Positions 1 to 13,167 of a stretch of DNA of 64,000 nucleotides are shown here, piece after piece. Numbering within the stretch: the stretch's first letter is position 1; the number at the start of each line of letters is the position of its first letter. The position numbers and the translations under genes were made by a program. The stretch is from the human T2T-CHM13v2.0 reference genome, Homo sapiens: assembly GCF_009914755.1 (NCBI RefSeq), contig NC_060926.1; one strand, given 5' to 3'. The notes below the pieces were generated by a model, which saw only the letters and a program-made list of their open reading frames with translations, did no database searches and was not told the DNA's origin.

Positions 1-690
1 GAAATGCTGCACAGCTCCTGTGCTGCCTCCAAATTAAGTGACTGGAGGCAATTTTCATTCTATTTCACATTTTGTCTTTTCTACCAATAGCACAGGGCAT
101 CCCTCCCTGCTCCATTACCATGGATGGTGCCAGTTTTTGACTTTGATTTCCGAGTCCACTTTTTAAGGCATCATGTTCGTGCAAGTGGACTCCAAGCCCT
201 CAGAACTAGGTCAGGCATTTGCTGGAGGTCATTACAAGGCTACAAAATAGAGCATGCTTAATTCTGTTATTTCTGAAGATTTTCTTCTTCTCTCTCATGT
301 GCATAGAAGACAATCAGTACTTAATTAAATTTTGGAACTGTTCCTGAAAATTTCAGACTATCAAAGATGCATGTGACCTCCTTTCACCCTAGCCACTCAA
401 GAGAGGTTTAACAAAAGCATGTAAAAAGGAAAGAAGGGGGCTTGTCGACCAAAGACTTGAGAAACTATATCAATTGTTGCACTTCTATTTTAAATGCCAA
501 TGCTTAAAGCATCTAGCAAGAAAATCCTTAGTACACAGAATGCAGGGATGAAAGTAAGCTGGTCATGAGTTCAATCTGTTCATATTAGGTAGAGGAGCGA
601 CTTAACCAAGATGAATATTAGTACAGTGATAGCCCAATAAATATTCAGGTTATTACCCAATTAGCAGGAGCATAAACTAACATTAAATAG

Positions 691-1118
691 TGAGCAGACT
701 GAGGTGTCCAGGTCCCACCCTCCAATATTGAGGCACTCAGTTCCCCAGATGTTGGGTGTGTGGTGAGTGACAGGTGGGAATCCCTTCTGAGAGTCCTTGA
801 GGGACAACAGTCACCTCATCCAGATCAAGTCTCTTTCCTGAGGCAGCCTATACATCCAGTGTGGGCTCTGTAAGAACCTGTCCTTTGCACCAAATGGGAA
901 TGGGAGGCAATTCTGCAGGGCACCCCAGCAAAGGTTCCAGGCCTTCTTCTGATTACATTGCTGTCCTGCCGCCCTTTTGGCCAAGCCTTGCTCTCTGCAG
1001 CCCACACAGGTCTCGTTCCTGAGAGCATTTTCCAATCAGCTTCTTTCTTGCTAATCTCCATCTCAGAGCCTGCCTCAAAAAAAAAAAAAAAAAAAAAAAA
1101 AACAACTCATCTGCAACA
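691..1118 (+). mobile_element. LTR16A-like ERVL solo LTR, with an A26 run near its 3' end
   Basis: Starts TG. Contains 'gaggcactcagttccccag', 'gcagcctatacatccag' and the terminal 'gctaatctccatctcagagcctgc...ctgcaaca' resembling the LTR16A consensus. Ends CA. Confidence 0.75.
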
Positions 1119-2381
1119 GAATTCAAAGCTTCAGGGTACATTTGCTGTCCCTACTCCAGAGTTGCTGGCATCCTAGAACACACAGTTGGATGGGCTTTAA
1201 AAAAGTGTTAGTTTCCTGACTATGGAATTTTTTTTAAAATGCAGAAATACTGTGGACAATTAGATGTCAAGAAGCCAGAGCTCTCAGTTCAATAAAATTC
1301 TCTCTCCTCCTCCCTCCTCAATAGCAACACAAAAATATGAAGTTAATAAAAGGAATAGAAGATAATGTCTCATTATGGAAAGTTTCTTTTCAGTGAGTAT
1401 GAAGGCAATTATCAAAGTTAGCTGCATCAACAATCAACCATGGACTGCAGCCACCTTATTAGTGAAAGGGAGGGGATCATTTTTAATTTGCCCGGGATCT
1501 CTTATACATTGATTCCATGTGATTTACTGTGGGTTTTATTCAGCAAGAATTGTAAGCCGTTTCCATGCTGTAGAGACCCAATATTTTTATTGTGTGGTAT
1601 TGTCCTTGACTTTGCCCCACTCCATCTTGGTGCTAAAACATGTTCTCAACAGAATTGGCCAATGTTGCTTCATTTTATCTTGACACTGTTACCCTGTCTC
1701 CATAGACTCACATTGACTGTGTCATCAGGTCGGGAAAAGATGTGAATTTGTCACATTAAATAACAGAAGAATTAGCATCACACATTAAACATTATGAAAA
1801 GCTTCTGCATATGTTCTGAAAACCTAGGCATTTGGAAGAGGTGGAAAGCAGGAGTCAAGTGCTGAGAATTCCAGGGATTGTGGCACTAGTTTGCACAGAA
1901 TTATTATTTAAACCAGCCAGTGACTTAGTTTAATCATTTTAGAACAGAGATATAAGAACCAAGCAATTATTCAGAGAATTCCCTTCTGGTAGAAAGAGTC
2001 ATTAAAGAAACTCTAGGATAGGTCACGTCGCAAGGATGCTGCTGGACACAGAATCAGGTCATGGCATTGCATGTGTGCAAGGGATAGTTCTCCCACACTC
2101 TAAAGAACTAGTGGATTGTCTTCTTCCACAGTGGAAGTACATATTTCTGCATGACATAGGTGAATCAATGAGGTAATTTACAAGTGAAGCCTCTCTTTCT
2201 TTGATGTTTCCTTAAAATTATTTTTATGTACACAATATTTGAATAAATTGTTTTTTTTAAAAAAAGCACGTATAGTTTTAGTTATGATTATTAAGCAAAC
2301 ATAATGTATATAGGGTAATATTCCTGCCTCCACACTTCAATATCATTTCCCTTTCCAAAGATAAGAACAATTAGCAGTTTG

Positions 2382-2686
2382 GGCCAGGCGCTGGGGCTCA
2401 TGCCTGTAATCTCAGCACTTTGGGAGGCCGAGGCAGGTGGATCATGAGGTCAGGAGATCGAGACCATCCTGGCTAACATGGTGAAACCCCGTCTCTACTA
2501 AAAATACAAAAAATTAGCCAGGCATGGTGGCGGGTGCCTGTAGTCCCAGCTACTCAGGAGGCTGAGGCAGGAGAATGGTGTGAACCCGGGAGGCGAGCTT
2601 GCAGTGAGCCGAGATGGCGCCACTGCACTCCAGCCTGGGCGACAGAGCGAGACTCCATCTCAAAAAAAATAAATAAATAAAAAATA
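2382..2686 (+). mobile_element. AluY, full length
   Basis: Diagnostic 'gagatcgagaccatcctggctaaca' and 'gagaatggtgtgaacccggg'; A-rich tail; TSD aattagcagtttg at 2369-2381 and 2687-2699. Confidence 0.95.
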
Positions 2687-2705
2687 AATTAGCAGTTTGG
2701 CCTGT

Positions 2706-2791
2706 ATGGCGCCACTGCACTCCAGCCTGGGCGACAGAGCGAGACTCCATCTCAAAAAAAAATAAATAAATAAATTAGCAGTTTGGCCTGT
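2706..2791 (+). repeat. Tandem duplicate of the AluY 3' end, tail and TSD
   Basis: Near-exact copy of 2614-2705, differing only in tail length. Confidence 0.95.
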
Positions 2792-2799
2792 ATCCTTCA

Positions 2800-5700
2800 A
2801 GGCTTTCCCCTGTGTATTTATATACATAGCCATAATTTTTGTTTTGTTTTAATATATATAAGACTCATACTATATGGATTATTCTGATTTTTGTTTAACA
2901 AAACAAAATGCTTTGGTGAACTTTCCATGTCTTCTCATACTTCCCACTGGTAGCCATTTGGGTGGTTTTACTTCTTACAACTTACAATACGGAAATGAAC
3001 ATTCTTGTCCTTGTTTCTTTGTACACACGAACAAGCGTTTTTTGTTTTTTTGTTTTTGTTTTTTGTTTTGTTTTGTTTTTCCTAAAACTTTTAAATTTTC
3101 CTTAAATTTAAAAGTAGAATTGCTGAGATAAAAGTACACATATATTAATAGCTATCACCAGATGATCATACCAAAAGTTCATGTCAATTTAATAGGGACT
3201 AATTTTATTAAACCCTCTCACAGAATACCTAGATGATTACATTATTTTCCCTTTTAATATGTTAATACAGTATATTTTATATATTTCCAAATATTGTATA
3301 TTCTTGAATTCTCAGAATAACCATATTAGGTGATAATATACCATTCTTTTGAAGTACCACCGAGTTTAAATAATTTTATTTTGCTTTATTTTACATAGGT
3401 TTTTTACATCTATGTTAGAATGCAACTTTGGCCTATCACTTTATTTATGTGTGCCATCCTTGTAAGCTTGGTAAAATCATTTAGGTAGCTTTCCATTATT
3501 TTTAATGACTTAAAAGTTTATAAAACATAGCAAATGATCTGTTCCTTCAATTTTTGGTAGAGTATGCTTTTAAACTCTCTGAGTTTAATGCTTTTTATAG
3601 TGCCAGAACTCTGACATATTTTCAGCTATTTTTATTATTATTGATCTGTTACAATTTTCTAATTTTTACTTCATCAATGTTATTAGGTCAACTCTAGAAA
3701 ATAATCTATTTCATCTAAATTTCCAAATTTATAGAAACAATATTATGCATATATTCTTCCACAGTTTCTTTTTTAAAATATTTTTTTATTTTACTGTGGT
3801 AAGGATACAACCTGAAATCTACCCTCTTAATAAATGTTCAAGTACACAATAAATATGTTATTGTTGACCGTAAGTCCAATGTTGAAGAGCAGATCTCTAC
3901 AACTTCTTCATCTTGCTTGACTGACACTTTATGCTCATTGATTAGTTACTCCCCATTTCCTTTTCCTCCTAGCCCGCAGCAACCACTTTTCCACTGTTTG
4001 ATTCTATGAATTTGACTATTTTAGATTCCTCATATAAGTAGAATCCTGAGATATTTGTTTTTCTGTGACTGGCTATGTCACTTAACATAATATCCTCCAG
4101 GTTCATCCATGTTTCTCTATTACATATGGTCAATTTATTGTTCATGAAGTAAATGAGAAAATTTACTTTTTTTGTTTTTAGTTTCTAAGTAGACAACTTT
4201 TTAGCAATTCCTTTTTTGGTTAAGTTCTAATTTTATTTTTCCATGGTCAGAGAATTTCAACTGGTGATCTCTATGATTTAGAATTTACTGAAATTTTCCT
4301 GTGTATTAATACACTATTCAATTTTTTTAAATGTTTCATTGGAATCTGAAAAGTATATACATTTTATATTTATTGGGTATCATTATATATATCCAGTACA
4401 TTCATACCTAATAGGAGCATAATTATACATTTATATAAAAATTTATAATCAAACTTTATAATTATGTTATTTAATTCTCCTAGCTTTACTTAATTTTTGT
4501 TCACTTTGGTTTATTAGAGAGGTATGTTAAAGTTTTCATCCCTGATTAGAGATTTTGCCACCTTCTCAATGCATTTCTAAAAGGTTTTGCTTAAGATAAT
4601 ATTTGTAGATGTACTAACATTTATGATTATTGGATCTCCTTGGTAAATTATACCTTTAATGCATGTATAATAGTCTTCCTTATTGTATCTAATCAATTTG
4701 TTTTTAATTTGATTTTGTCTTATACTAATATTGAAATATTTCTTTTATAACTGCCATTTGTTTTGTTTATTTTTTCCATCCCTTTACACTTAGGCCTCTG
4801 TGTTATTTGGTTTTAGGTATGTTTACTTTAAATAACATCTAGCTATTATCATTATTAGTGTTGTCTATCATCATCATCATCATTCTCATGCTCATCCAAC
4901 TAGGAAACATATACTTTAAAAGGTAAATCTATCCATTCATATGTAATGCAATTACTGATATTTTGAGATAAAATCTTTCCAATATATTTATATTTCAATG
5001 AATCATGTAGGCATTTTTTCTATTTGTTCTTTGTCTTGTATTTTTTGTTTTTTTGTTTCTCTTTTCGTTGAAATGAATGTTTTCTTGCTCTACTTTTATT
5101 TACCCTAATGATTTTTAAGTTATAAATACTAATTTCTAATGGTTACTATCAAACACTTAAGCTACATTTTGAAACTTGTATTTTTCTACCAATATTTAGA
5201 GTTAATAATCACCATGAATATTCTCCAACCCACCAAGACAAAAATCTTAGCAGGATTTTATGTTCTTCATATTATTTTCAGAGATTATCACCCCCTTACT
5301 CTCCTATTCATCATGGCCCAACATGTGATCTTATCTATTTGTGAGTGTATGAGTCAACAATTACTTAGACTTAAATGTATGCTGTGCTAGTTTTCTTTCT
5401 AAATATTATTTCTCATATAACTCTTTTCTGTATATATTGTTTCACTTTGTTAATTACATACTTAAGTTTGTGTTCCAAAATAGATCTGTAGGAGATATGT
5501 AAAGTCTATGTTTTTCCATCCCACTTGAATGTTGCTTTGACTCAATACCCTTAAAACCTTTAAGATAATGTCCCATTGTTCTTTATAATTAGTATGGCAG
5601 ATGAGAAGCCTGATGACAACCTACTTCTCAATCCTTTGTATATAGGTTCCTTCTTATCTCCTCCTTGCCTCCCCAGGAGCTTTTGGAATGTTTACATCTA

Positions 5701-6170
5701 TGCTGTTGGAATGTTAAAAATATGTTTGTTTCTAGGCTCTGTCTAGATGTAAATCTTAATTAATTACCTCTGTTTTGTGCTTGAATCCCTTTAAAATGAA
5801 AATATTCTTCTTTCAGCTCAGAAAAATTTGATTTTAAATTTTTCCCTGATTTCTCCTTTTATAACTGCTAGGATTATATGTTAAACTTCTTGAATTTATT
5901 CTCTATTATTTTTACTTTTCTTTCATATTTTCCATCCCTTTATCTTTTTACTTCTTGTCCTAGAAGATGTATACAAATTCCCCTTCCAGATCATTAATTC
6001 AGTTGTCTCCAGTCATTCATTCAGGCTTTCTGTTTTGTCCTTTTAATTTCTAAGAATGATTTCACATTCATTCTCTGGTTGCTTATTTTTTATTACAGCC
6101 TATTTTAAATTATAAATGCAACATCATCTCAAATAAACCTGAAAGTATTAATTAGCACATTTAACACTGT
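2800..6170 (-). mobile_element. Degraded old L1M fragments (antisense)
   Basis: Strongly T-rich, with L1 antisense motifs such as 'tttcatctaaatttccaaattt', 'gagaggtatgttaaagtt' and 'gagaagcctgatgacaacct'. Confidence 0.65.
3775..4113 (-). mobile_element. L1MA9/L1MB-type 3' end nested in the older L1
   Basis: 'agcagatctctacaacttcttcatcttgc', 'ttagattcctcatataagt' and 'tcctccaggttcatccatgtt' are typical of L1MA/MB 3' UTRs. Confidence 0.8.
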
Positions 6171-6190
6171 CTGCTGTTCCATTCTCTGGT

Positions 6191-6462
6191 TCTGTTGCCC
6201 AGGCTGGAGTGCAGTGGCACAATCTTTGCTCCTGCAACCTCTATTTCCCAGGCTGAAGCCGTCCTCCCACCTCAGCCTCCCAAGGAGCTGGGACTACAAG
6301 CACACATGACCATGCCCGGCTAATTTTTGTATTTTTTTTTTTTATAGAGACAGGGTTTTGCAATGTTGTCCTGGCTGGTCTTGAACTCCTGAGCTCAAGT
6401 GATCCGCCTGCCTTAGCCTTCCAAAGTATTGGGATTACAGGCGTGAGCTATCACTCCTGGCC
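6191..6462 (-). mobile_element. AluJ-type element lacking its 3' end and poly-A tail
   Basis: Antisense Alu dimer with J-type 'ctcctgagctcaagtgatcc'; no poly-T at the left end. Confidence 0.9.
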
Positions 6463-6681
6463 CAATTGGAGATTCTTGATTTTCAGGGACCACATTGACT
6501 CATATAAGTAAATGGCATTGTTTTCCTTTATGTTGTACAATTTTATAAACTTAATAGTTCTCTCTCTTGTGTGGAAGAACTAGCTGTGGGTGCAGAGTAT
6601 ATGAGCACAATTGTGGAAGAAGCTCAACTCTCAATTTGATTCAAGTGAGTAATTTGTCTAACAATGTTCAGGCAAATTTAC

Positions 6682-6866
6682 CAGCATGGTTTTTCAAAGG
6701 GAGATCTATGGAGCACCCACATGAAAATCAGCCTTAGTGGTGATAAGAATGAACATTTGACCCCAGACTTTCTCCATCAGAATCTCTGAGCACAGGGCCT
6801 TGGAATCTGCATTAGTTAACAAGATTACAGCTTTCCCTGATGCACAATAAAGTCTGGGAAGCACAG
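6682..6866. mobile_element. MER5 (hAT-Charlie MITE)
   Basis: 'tcagaatctctgag...ggaatctgcattagttaacaag...tgatgcacaataaagtctgggaagcac'. Confidence 0.65.
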
Positions 6867-6976
6867 TATTAATAGCTAAGTAACAGGTCATTATGGGTGC
6901 TTATGTGATCCCAGACACTGACTCCATGAACAACACTAGGCAAGCTATTCAGATGATCCAAAATGTGAATATGCAA

Positions 6977-7006
6977 TACACACACACACACATACACACA
7001 CACACA
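6977..7006. repeat. (CA)n microsatellite, interrupted
   Basis: Seen directly. Confidence 0.9.
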
Positions 7007-7074
7007 AATTCTTTTACCATCACAACAAAATCTTAAAATGTTGAAAGTCATTGTAGAAGACATATACATGGACA

Positions 7075-7205
7075 ATGTATTTAATCCTTATAACTATCAT
7101 GAGGCATTTCTAACTTTCATTTTATAAATGAGATAACTGAGCATTAGAGAATTATACTGATTAGGGTTACAGAGCCAGTAAGTGATGGATGTGGGAACCA
7201 CATCT
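7075..7205 (-). mobile_element. MIR fragment
   Basis: 'cattttataaatgagataactgagcattagaga...gttacagagccagtaagtg' matches the MIR core. Confidence 0.7.
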
Positions 7206-7217
7206 AGTATGGCACAC

Positions 7218-7722
7218 TGATAGTCTGAATAATGGCCACCTAAAATATTGAGGTTCTAATCCTTGGAACCTTAGAATGTTACCTTATATGGCAAAATGAA
7301 CATTGCAGATGTGATTAAGTTAAGGTTGTGAGATGGGGAGATTATCTGAGATTATCCAAGAGCATCTTACCTATAATCACATGTGTCCTTCTAAAAGGGA
7401 GGCAGAGAGAAAATTGACTATAGAGTAAAAAGGCAGCAATGTGATGACTGAAGCAAGACGCTACACAGCTGGCTTTGAAGATGGAGAAAGAAACCACAAC
7501 ACAAGGAATGGAAGAAATGCATCTCCAGACACTGGAAAAGGCAAGGAAACAGATTCTCCCCTGAAGCCTACAGAGAGCATGGCCATGCCTATGCCTTGAT
7601 TTCGAACCAGAGAAAGTGATTTTGAATTTCTAACCTCCAGAAATATAAGAAAATAAATGTGTGTTGTTTTAAGCCACCAAGTTTGTGGAAATTTGTTATC
7701 ACAGTCATCAGAAACTAATGTA
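7218..7722 (+). mobile_element. MLT1D-like MaLR solo LTR
   Basis: 'aataatggcc...gaatgttaccttatatggcaaa...gatggggagattat...ttttaagccaccaagtttgtgg...gaaactaat'; 5-bp flanks cacac/aacac. Confidence 0.85.
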
Positions 7723-7727
7723 AACAC

Positions 7728-8121
7728 TAATTAGGTCTGTCCACAAATATTCTAGTTCTCTTCCCAAGTCCAAAGCAAGGTTGTACTTCTCTACCTTGAT
7801 ATGAAGTTAGTACTGACCATGTGACTTGCTCTGGCTGATAAAAGGTAAGAAGTGACATGTGTTAGTTCTGAGTGGCAGTTTTGAGAGTCAGACTACAATT
7901 TATCACATTCCCTCCTCCTTGCTCTGGTGATCACAGAATCATGTGTCAAGAGCAAGTTTCTATCAGCCTTGGGTCCTGAGTGAACTATGATGAACAGAAA
8001 TCCCTGGAAACCTATACTGAATATATAGCAAGAACAAGATGTCAGCCTCTACATGTCAAGTCACTGGTATTTGTGCACTGTTTGTTACTGAAGCCTAATC
8101 CAGCCTATCCCGACGAATACA
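7728..8121 (+). mobile_element. MLT1I-like MaLR solo LTR
   Basis: 'ccatgtgacttgctctggc', 'gggtcctgagtgaactatgatgaacag' and the terminal 'tttgttactgaagcctaatccagcctatcccgacgaataca'. Confidence 0.75.
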
Positions 8122-10049
8122 GATTATGAAATCTATACTCATTCCACAGAAGCAAGATGTTGCCTCTGTGTGCATTTGACCACTCTCCCTAGACTCCCAA
8201 CATATTCCTAGTATTTTTGAGTCATTTTTACCTGAATTCCCTAGAATTCTGAACAGTCTCTGCTGCATACTACGGAAACATTGACTGAATAGTTGAGGTA
8301 GTTATACAAAAAATTAAAACTGAACCCCAACTTCCTTCTTATGCCTTCGTGCACCCCTCCCCACACCATTCTCTCTTTCTGCATGATAGTCTTTGTTTGC
8401 AACCATCATAGAAATCCTTCTCTTTCCCTGTGCAATGGACATGAATGAGATCATTGTTCCTGTACTGACATCAAATGGGAGGGAAATTGAAAGCAGTCAG
8501 ACTTCAGTATCAGAGTCACACTCACTATCAAACCATAGACTGGTATGTATGGGCCACCACTTGACCTTCACCCACACAGCTCCTGAAAGTCAGAAGGTAA
8601 GCATTATCACATGTTTGCTTCCCTTATGCAGATTATATTTGCTTTTCTCTTGGAACATCCCAAAGATGAGGCTATCCTGGCATCTTCTTCCCTTCCCTAA
8701 CCATTGCTTCCAGCCCAAAGCATGATAGATTAACATTTACAGTTATTTGATTCTCTTTAGAGAGATTAAGGCCGTGATATTCTAAAGCTGAGACTGCTAC
8801 AGCTAACCTGTATAGATAATGCAATCCAGACCTCCTGTGAAAGGTACCATCTCTGAAATGTACTTCCTTTTACATTGGGCTATAGTATTCTTACATGGGG
8901 CTATATTGTGTCATGTGATTTGAAGATTTGCCTGACCTGCCGCTGTGATCTGATATATCCTTAGGAAGCAATGGAAAATGTCGAAAACAAAAAGCAGCAT
9001 GTTAGCGAAACCCTGCTTCAAATTAAAGCCCTGCCTTTATTGGTGAAGAGATCTGCTAAAAGCTGTTATTTGAAATATCTGCAGATAGTTTGGATCTGTG
9101 AATAATTGCTATCTGCACATCTCAAATTCCTTATAGTTTTCCGTTAGACATATCTGTGAGAGGCTATAAATAGTGAAGCAATGTCGCTCACTGTATAATA
9201 CAGTCTCTCTGCTTTTACAACTCATCATGAACTTCTGTGTAATTTATTTTTTATTGAAGAATTCCAATTAATGGCTTCCTGGTGATTTTAAAGCCTCAAA
9301 TTATCAGTCTCTGAAAACAAAGCAGAGAACATAATTATCATAAACTGAGAATTTTTCATTTTGAAGCTTATCTGTTTGTGCTAAGTATCTTGTCTGTAAG
9401 TAATTAGTGCCTTTATTTTTTTTCAGTAAAAATAATGACCACTCTATGCCACACATCCAAATTTTGTTAACTGCTAGATGCACTCTATGTATTATATCTG
9501 AAAATGGACCACCTTGGACTAGTTTTAAAGTATTTCATCAAATGATAATAGCAACAACAAAATACATCTGTTTGTCAGAATAAATTATGTGGCATGTATT
9601 TTAAAAACCTATTATATCCTTTTGCTTTCTTTCTAAGAATAAAAGCCTCTGAAAAATATGTACTTGCCATTTATTACCAGGGCTGCATAACAAGAAAAGA
9701 CCCGTTTTATCTTCCATTTATAATTCCTAACTGCTAATCAAATTGATCAGCCAATAGCTTGGTTGTAGAGGGTCTTTCATAGGACCATTTCAAAATGTTT
9801 TACCAAAGATAAAACAAAATTCAATGAAATTAAACCAATTTGAATGACAATGTGAGCCAAACATTCCTTTAGGTATCTAGAGAACTCAAGTTTTCTTGAT
9901 TAAAAAAAAATAGGGTTTCACTGATGAAATAGGAATTGCCTAGAGAGACTAAGAGAGACTTGGTTGCTCTGAAGCCAAACAGAATCCAAGAGCAGCTCTC
10001 ACCACAACGTTAGGAAGTTAACTTCATTGGTTGTTTTTTAATTAAAAAA

Positions 10050-11640
10050 TATATATATTTTTTAAATTATAAAACTAACACACGTACCTTAAGAAACTTT
10101 AAAAATACAGAAATATATGATGTAAAGCACCCATTTACCATTTTTAATGTCTTGTCATGTCTTTTCAGGGAAAGAGAAATATACACATATATATGAGTAT
10201 GTATATATGTGCCTATGTGTTTGTATAAATATATATATAAAGAGAGATTTTTTTGGAGGATGAAATATATATAGTTGGATCTTTCTTGTTTCATCTATTA
10301 CTATGAATTTTCCCTAAAACACAAATTATTCATTCAAAGCATGATTTTAAATAGCTTCACATTTTATAATAGAGTTGTATAGACAAAAATTTAACTATTT
10401 CCTTATGTTGGTCATTTATGACATTTCTAATTTCTTTTTTTATAAAAAGTTGTACATCAAACATGTCTGTATGTAATTCTTTGAATATATTGCTGATTAT
10501 TTCCCTAGAGTAAAATCTTAAAAGGCTACTACCAAGTCATAGGTGTAAACATTTTAAAGCTTTCCCTCCGTTCGTGTTACAGAACTGCCCTGTGGAAAGA
10601 TTCTAACAGTTCACTTCCCTGTCACTGGATAAGCAAGCCCTTTTGCACATACCCATGACCATGGTGAGTAACAGAACACCATCGCTTACGTCTATGCTAA
10701 CTTGATAATAAAAGGTGGGATTTCTTCATTTTTACATGTTTTGATAGGTCATGAAGTGAAATAAATTTACTATACAAATGTAGTAAACATAACATTTATA
10801 TTTATATTTTGTGTATATTTTGCAAGGCATTAGGTTTTTTTCCTCATCCATCGATAGGAGCTTGTCATATAGTATGTGTGTCTTTTGTCTTGCATTATTT
10901 TGGCAAAAATTTTACCTCAAATTGTTATTTGTCTTCAATTCTGATTCTATTGTTGATATCAATATATGCATTTTTATGTAGTCTATTGTTATTACCTCTT
11001 TTTTGCTTCTACACATTTTTTATACTTATAAAGTCTTTACCCATTAGAGATATGGTACATATATATTTACATGTCCTTTAATGGCTTTATATTTTTAAAT
11101 TGATCTCTTTAAGATATTAACAATTTATTTTAGTGTAAATGACAAGGTAATGTTTTAAGTGTATATTTTCAAATTGTAAAGCAATTTTCCTAAGACCAAT
11201 TTATCAATTAACCATTTTCTTCCCTGGAAATCTGTGATATTATCTGTATCACATTCTAAATTCCCATAGATATGAGTCTGGCTTGCTGCTATCTACTTCA
11301 TACCATGTATCCATCTGCTACATTGTTTTGCTTGTTTTAGTCTGGTGGTAGTTTGGACTGTCAAATAGAGAATTCCCATGGCTTTACGCTTCCTTTAAAA
11401 AATACATTGTATATTTTGAACTATAGTTGTGTTTTTTTCTCAAAGAAATCTTGCAGTCATTTTGATACATTTAATAAAATAATCATATTTTTGAAACAGC
11501 ACTAAATTTATAAAAATAATTTAGGAATGTTTGTATATATACAATAAGTAGCCTTCCCATCCATGAACAAGTTATATCTTCACATTAATTATCTAATGAC
11601 TCTCAGGAAAGTTTTATGGGTTAATTCATATAGTTTCCCC
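10050..11640 (-). mobile_element. Degraded L1ME-type fragment (antisense)
   Basis: T-rich, with L1 antisense motifs ('attttccctagagtaaaatctt', 'ccttcccatccatgaacaag'). Confidence 0.6.
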
Positions 11641-11729
11641 TTTTACCCTGTTCTATTTTTTATTTCCAATGTCTAGCAAATTCCTAGCCCATCAACTCAC
11701 ACAATAATTTATTGTTGACTGAAGTAACT

Positions 11730-11945
11730 AATTTGTAGTTTCAAGCCCTTACTCTACCATTTATTAGCGCTGTAATCTTGAACGAGTGCCTTAACATCTC
11801 ATAATCTCAGTTTCCTCAACTGTAAAATAATGCAAATATTGCATCGACTTAATAAAATTATGAGAACTCATTGAGATTACTTAATACACTTAGCACAGCA
11901 ACTTACATATATTAACGCCCAATAAACATTAATGAATACCATCCT
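11730..11945 (+). mobile_element. MIR
   Basis: 'ctcagtttcctcaactgtaaaataatg...cacttagcacag...caataaacatt'. Confidence 0.8.
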
Positions 11946-13167
11946 TATCTGGAGGGCATGTCAAAGGAAAAAGCAATAGAACATGCAATCAGAGATGGAA
12001 GCAAGAGAAAATGAAGAACCGATCGTGACTCCAAAGTGGTAAGGCTGATTTAAATGGAAAATCTTAAAATAACAACTATTGATTGTCACTGAAAAGTAAT
12101 CAGTGTTTTCAGATTTTGTAGGCACCAGAACTTGGCTTAGAAGTAAGCCCTCCACACCTGGAGAATGAATGTAATGTTGGCAAAGAGTCTGATGTGACCA
12201 GAGCCCATGACGGTCCCCAGGCCATAGAAGGCTTTTTCCTATGAGCATTAATAGTAACAGGCCTAAGCCACATGGAAGAAACACATAGAAGTATTTCTGG
12301 AAGTAGAGAATACAATAAACTCACCCTTACCTCAAATATAGACTGTTTACTCTGTAAATAAAGTGAGAAATTAGAGAAATTATCCAAAAAATTCAAAGTC
12401 TCTTTCAAAAACAGTCGACTACTTGGTCTGCTATCATTTGAATATGGTGCTTAGATATTGAGCCCGGGTGCCCAAGCTGGATAATAGTTTCCATTCTCTA
12501 CTTCAATATTCACATAGACCCAGCCATAGTGTCTTAAAAAAGCTAAGGACTAACTTTAGCCACTGGCCCTGCTTTCAATAAAGCCTTATTTTAATAGAAA
12601 CATTGTGTCTCTCTTCCAAGTCCCACCTTTTTTAGGCAGCCTGCCAGCTGAAGGCAAAAAGAAATTCTAGCACATTGTCCCCAAATTCCAGGCAGATCAC
12701 AAAAATAAACTGTCCCAGAATGTATTCCTTTTATGAAAAATTGCTTATTCAAGGCTTGCTTTTCTTGTTTGCCTTCCTTCTTCCCTTTCCAAACACTTTT
12801 TCTTCTAACATCATGCTGTAAAGTTGCCATCTGTCTCAAACACATACATACACAAAAGGGAAATCCACTTACAATGAATACAGGAAAGAAGAAAAATAAG
12901 TTGGTTACAAGTGGGTTTTCTAAAGTATATGACTTTTCAAACCCAGTGGTCAAACCCTGAATTACGTCCCAGACAGCTGTCTCCCCATTTGCCACAGAGA
13001 CAAAAGTAAAAATAAATAAATAACTCTTAAAAAAATACCTTTCAACATTATTCCCGAGGAAATGCTTGATTTTTATAATCCTATGATATAGGGATAGCCA
13101 GGAATTAAACTTTAAAAATAAGAAAACTGAAACTCAGAAAGACGATTCTCTATTGAAGACCACACAT

